Origin: an uncultured virus (IMG/VR IMGVR_UViG_3300036406_001455)
Lineage: Duplodnaviria; Heunggongvirae; Uroviricota; Caudoviricetes
Virus record (IMG/VR): IMGVR_UViG_3300036406_001455
Reading direction: 5' to 3' (one strand)
Length of the DNA: 60,520 nt
Shown here piece by piece: positions 57,648 to 60,520 of this stretch. Under the pieces are notes generated by a model. The model was not told the DNA's origin. It saw only the letters and a program-made list of their open reading frames with translations, and searched no databases. The position numbers and the translations under genes were made by a program. Every line of letters starts with the position of its first letter. The stretch's first letter is position 1.

Positions 57648-58214
57648 ATGCCCATCTCTGCCGATGACAAGGTGATTCACGCTTTCCTCGACGCGCGCCC
57701 CGCGTCGTCTCGCAAGCTCACGTCCACCGGAAGCCGTCTCGACGGCAACTGGATGGGTGGCACGGGCATCGCCGAGTGGAGCAGCCGCGGACGCATCCAC
57801 CTGTTCGACCAGGGCAGCAAGGCCGCGCAGACCGTGCAGAGGAAGATCGCGCGTATCGCGCCCCGGAACTGGTTCGAGCCCACCAGCGAGTGGATTCTGC
57901 CGAAGCAGAAGCGCGTGACGAATCCCGTTGCCCGTCCGTACCGCGCCTCGGTGGAGAGCTTCGCCGCACGGGAAATCAAGGCGATGACCGAGCGCAACGC
58001 CCACGGCGATGCGCTGCTCTACGTGGTGCGCAACGTCTTGCGTTCGCCGGTGCTCACCGAGAAGGTGCAAGCCATCAACCGGGAGCACATGCGCATTGGG
58101 TACATGCCCCATGATCTCTCTACGGAGCGCTACCGCATCTACAAGGTGGCGATGCGCCAACTTCAACGCCGCGCCAGCAAGGCGGAGTACGAAGCGGTCT
58201 ACGGCGCCACGTAA
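57648..58214 (+). CDS. NP-motif protein 15 (1 NP)
   Basis: KRVTNP separates two roughly 95-aa halves. Confidence 0.75.
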   Translation: MPISADDKVIHAFLDARPASSRKLTSTGSRLDGNWMGGTGIAEWSSRGRIHLFDQGSKAAQTVQRKIARIAPRNWFEPTSEWILPKQKRVTNPVARPYRASVESFAAREIKAMTERNAHGDALLYVVRNVLRSPVLTEKVQAINREHMRIGYMPHDLSTERYRIYKVAMRQLQRRASKAEYEAVYGAT

Positions 58215-58240
58215 GCGCGTCGCCAGATTTTGAGCGTGGC

Positions 58241-58269
58241 TTGACGAGCATCCGAGCCCGCGCTATTCT
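58241..58269 (+). promoter_or_regulatory. Sigma70-like promoter TTGACG-N17-TATTCT
   Basis: Upstream of GAGG and ATG 58307. Confidence 0.6.
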
Positions 58270-58306
58270 ACTGCAGGCGCCGAATCGTTCCTCCCACGAG
58301 GTTACG

Positions 58307-58810
58307 ATGGCGTATACGTTTGGCCGACGACCCCACGCACTCGGGTACAACTCGAATCAGTGGACGCCGCGCATCTACGGCTACATGGAGCGCCAGCGCA
58401 CCTACCAGCAGGGGGCGTGGGGCTCGGCTGAAGCCGCGAGCGGGGTCGAGGAAGTCGTCGCGGCCTTCCGCCAAGGTGGAGCGCGGGCAGGGCTGCGCGC
58501 AGCTCGCGCACGGCGACTGGTTTCCGGGGCGGAAATGTACATGGCGGTGCGCGCCGAGACCGAGGAGCAGCTTTCGGCGCGCCTGGCCACGTTGCGCGCG
58601 GGCCTGGCCCAGCGATTCAACCCCATCGACGCCCAGCGTGCGGCGTTTGTGGCCGCCCGGCTACAGGAAGTGCAAACGGCTGTCAAGGCGGGCGTAACAC
58701 CTCCCCAGGCGGTCGTGGACAAGCCCGAGCTGCCCAGGAAGGAAGTGCCACGGTGGCTTTCTTTCGCGGCCATCGGCCTCAGCGTGGTTGCTCTGTTGAG
58801 GTCGCGATGA
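58307..58810 (+). CDS. C-terminally membrane-anchored putative virion protein
   Basis: Starts MAYTFGRRP; ends WLSFAAIGLSVVALLRSR. Confidence 0.75.
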   Translation: MAYTFGRRPHALGYNSNQWTPRIYGYMERQRTYQQGAWGSAEAASGVEEVVAAFRQGGARAGLRAARARRLVSGAEMYMAVRAETEEQLSARLATLRAGLAQRFNPIDAQRAAFVAARLQEVQTAVKAGVTPPQAVVDKPELPRKEVPRWLSFAAIGLSVVALLRSR

Positions 58811-59088
58811 ACGCGTACCTCGGCCGACACCGCGGGGGCCGGAGGCGCCACGGCGGCCGCCGGTGGCGCGGCGGCTATGGGCCGACGCCGCTCTGGTACG
58901 AGGCCATGCCCTACGTGGCTCCGACGTGCTACCGCGACGGCCAAGGCCGTGTGTGGTGCCTTCAGCAGTCACCGGTGCTGGGCGCCGCCAAGCCGACGCC
59001 CCCGGAGCCGAAGCGGTGGTACCGTCGACCGTTGGCGTGGGTCGGGGCGGGGTTGGCGGTTCTTCTGGTGACTGGAGGACAGCGCTAA
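58807..59088 (+). CDS. Small Arg/Gly-rich protein with C-terminal membrane anchor
   Basis: MNAYLGRHRGGRRR...RWYRRPLAWVGAGLAVLLV. Confidence 0.7.
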   Translation: MNAYLGRHRGGRRRHGGRRWRGGYGPTPLWYEAMPYVAPTCYRDGQGRVWCLQQSPVLGAAKPTPPEPKRWYRRPLAWVGAGLAVLLVTGGQR

Positions 59089-59463
59089 ATGGCGATCGCA
59101 AACCGCACACTTACCTTCGCTCGGGCCGTTGTAGCGGCTTCGGGCACGAGCGTGGTGGCCACCAACGGCGGCTCCGCGCCGGTCCCCGACAACTGCCATA
59201 CCATCCTCGTGACGAACCCGAGCACCACCATCGTGTTGCTTGTCGGCATGGGTGTAGCACCTGCGGCGCTCACCGCGGGCGTCAACGCGCAGCGCGTGCC
59301 ACCCGGGGCAACGTTGACTCTCGGGGTGGGCATTCGAGGCAGCATGCGTGGCGCCATGGACGAAAGCACGGATTCTGGCTCGGGGCTCATCTTCGATTCC
59401 ATCGGCGGCGCGGTCACCGGTGAGATCACCTACGAGAACATCGTCGGAGGCGGGGGGCTGTGA
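59089..59463 (+). CDS. Small beta-rich putative structural protein
   Basis: GGAGG SD; A/G/T/V-rich. Confidence 0.7.
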   Translation: MAIANRTLTFARAVVAASGTSVVATNGGSAPVPDNCHTILVTNPSTTIVLLVGMGVAPAALTAGVNAQRVPPGATLTLGVGIRGSMRGAMDESTDSGSGLIFDSIGGAVTGEITYENIVGGGGL

Positions 59464-59822
59464 GTAAGCTGCCGCCATATTCAGGCGTTACGCCAGGCCC
59501 CAGCGCAGGCGCGGGCATACCCGTCGTTGTAACCACGGTGTTTTTGGTAACCCCCGCGGGGACGCCGTACACCGTGTTGGTCACCGACGTGTTTGTCGGC
59601 ATGGACGCAACCGCCGGCAACGGCGTAGTGCTGCTGCCGGTGGCTGCGAGCGGTCGGGAGATCACCGTCAAAGCCACGGCGCTGGCGGCGGTTGTAAACA
59701 CCGTGGCGGCCACGCCAAACGGCGCGGAGACCATCGACGGTGTGGCGGCGGCGTTTCTGCTGACGGGTACACAGAGCGTGACGCTTGTTGGCCGAACCGG
59801 TGTAGGCTGGTTCACGGTCTGA
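59460..59822 (+). CDS. Putative spike/fibre-type structural protein
   Basis: VLLPVAASGREITVK...ETIDG...SVTLV...W pattern seen in phage fibre domains. Confidence 0.65.
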   Translation: MSKLPPYSGVTPGPSAGAGIPVVVTTVFLVTPAGTPYTVLVTDVFVGMDATAGNGVVLLPVAASGREITVKATALAAVVNTVAATPNGAETIDGVAAAFLLTGTQSVTLVGRTGVGWFTV

Positions 59823-59861
59823 TGGCGCGCTTCCGGATGATAGCTTCTACGTAGGAATCCA

Positions 59862-60140
59862 ATGTCCAGCCTCACCCCTCCCCGACTCCAGACCCGTGCC
59901 CCGGGGCTAACCGACGACTCCTCCACAGGGTGTTGGCGCGGCCTTGTCTGGATCGACACAACGGCCAACCGCGCCTACCTGGCGGTCTCCGTCGCCGTGG
60001 GCTCCGCGGTGTGGGCCGCCCTGGGCGCCAGCCTCACCACCATCTTCGTCTCCGGGCAGTACGACTCAGCGTTCGCGCTTTCGCTGCTCTCCAACCCTGT
60101 GTGTGCTGTGTCGTCGAACGGCACGATTGGTGGTCCGTAA
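59862..60140 (+). CDS. Putative structural protein
   Basis: DDSSTG...VWIDT...AYLAV....GSAVW. Confidence 0.6.
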   Translation: MSSLTPPRLQTRAPGLTDDSSTGCWRGLVWIDTTANRAYLAVSVAVGSAVWAALGASLTTIFVSGQYDSAFALSLLSNPVCAVSSNGTIGGP

Positions 60141-60520
60141 TGGCGTTCCCGCTCCCAGCGCTTTCCTTTGCTCGCAAGGCTGACGTTTCGCCCTCCGGCG
60201 CGACAACCACGAACTTCCTTGATGCGCTCTACACGTCCTGGAACGCAACGACGGACTACCGCGGCAACTCGGTCCCGACCGCGAACCGGTGGGTCAACGC
60301 GAAGGCCGGCGCCACGAACGCGGTGTACGCGCTCCCGCCCGCGGGTACGTCAATGGGCCTGAATCCTGCGATTCTCGTCCAGGCGGCCAACCCATTCGCA
60401 GGCACCTACGCATCACCCGACAGCGGCGTGAACGGTATGCTGGCCTTGGGCATCAACAAGAACAGTGGCGCGTACATCGACTACACTGCCGCATTGCCCA
60501 TGACCTCTGGGCAATGGTCA
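60140..60520 (+). CDS. Partial putative structural protein (runs off the window)
   Basis: My translation: MAFPLPALSFARKADVSPSGATTTNFLDALYTSW..., open to the end. Confidence 0.65.
   Translation, partial: MAFPLPALSFARKADVSPSGATTTNFLDALYTSWNATTDYRGNSVPTANRWVNAKAGATNAVYALPPAGTSMGLNPAILVQAANPFAGTYASPDSGVNGMLALGINKNSGAYIDYTAALPMTSGQWS

Noticed and set aside
34846..58214. NP linkers as integron attC-like or other DNA recombinase sites
   Set aside because: No palindromic structure, synonymous variation across copies, always in frame, and no intact integrase in the window.

Overview
High-GC, gene-dense segment of what is most likely a large bacterial virus. I see no rRNA, tRNA, CRISPR array or host housekeeping operon. 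1-15.6 kb is a leftward early/replication block: small phage-type ORFs, a Cas4/RecB-like nuclease, a short C5 methyltransferase, an SNF2-like helicase, a degenerate tyrosine-recombinase-like protein, an AT-rich iteron-bearing candidate origin, a DUF3987-type helicase-like protein and an Amidase_2. 15.7-33.7 kb is a mostly rightward block of small hypothetical genes, an HD phosphohydrolase, a Nudix hydrolase, a repeat protein and an 850-aa coiled-coil protein. 33.8-60.5 kb is a putative late/virion region. Its main feature is about 18 kb coding for 15 basic proteins that read as strings of small unrelated domains separated by a basic-x-Asn-Pro motif (KKNP, KRNP, KSNP, RANP; about 74 NP in about 6,100 aa by hand count). 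The array lies directly downstream of a membrane-anchored transglutaminase/papain-like Cys-His-acid enzyme that carries the same motif. I infer a tagged or proteolytically processed polyprotein 'cargo' system. Several C-terminally membrane-anchored proteins and the lack of recognisable terminase, portal or tail genes suggest, but do not prove, a tailless internal-membrane virus. All family assignments come from motif recognition by eye; no searches were run.
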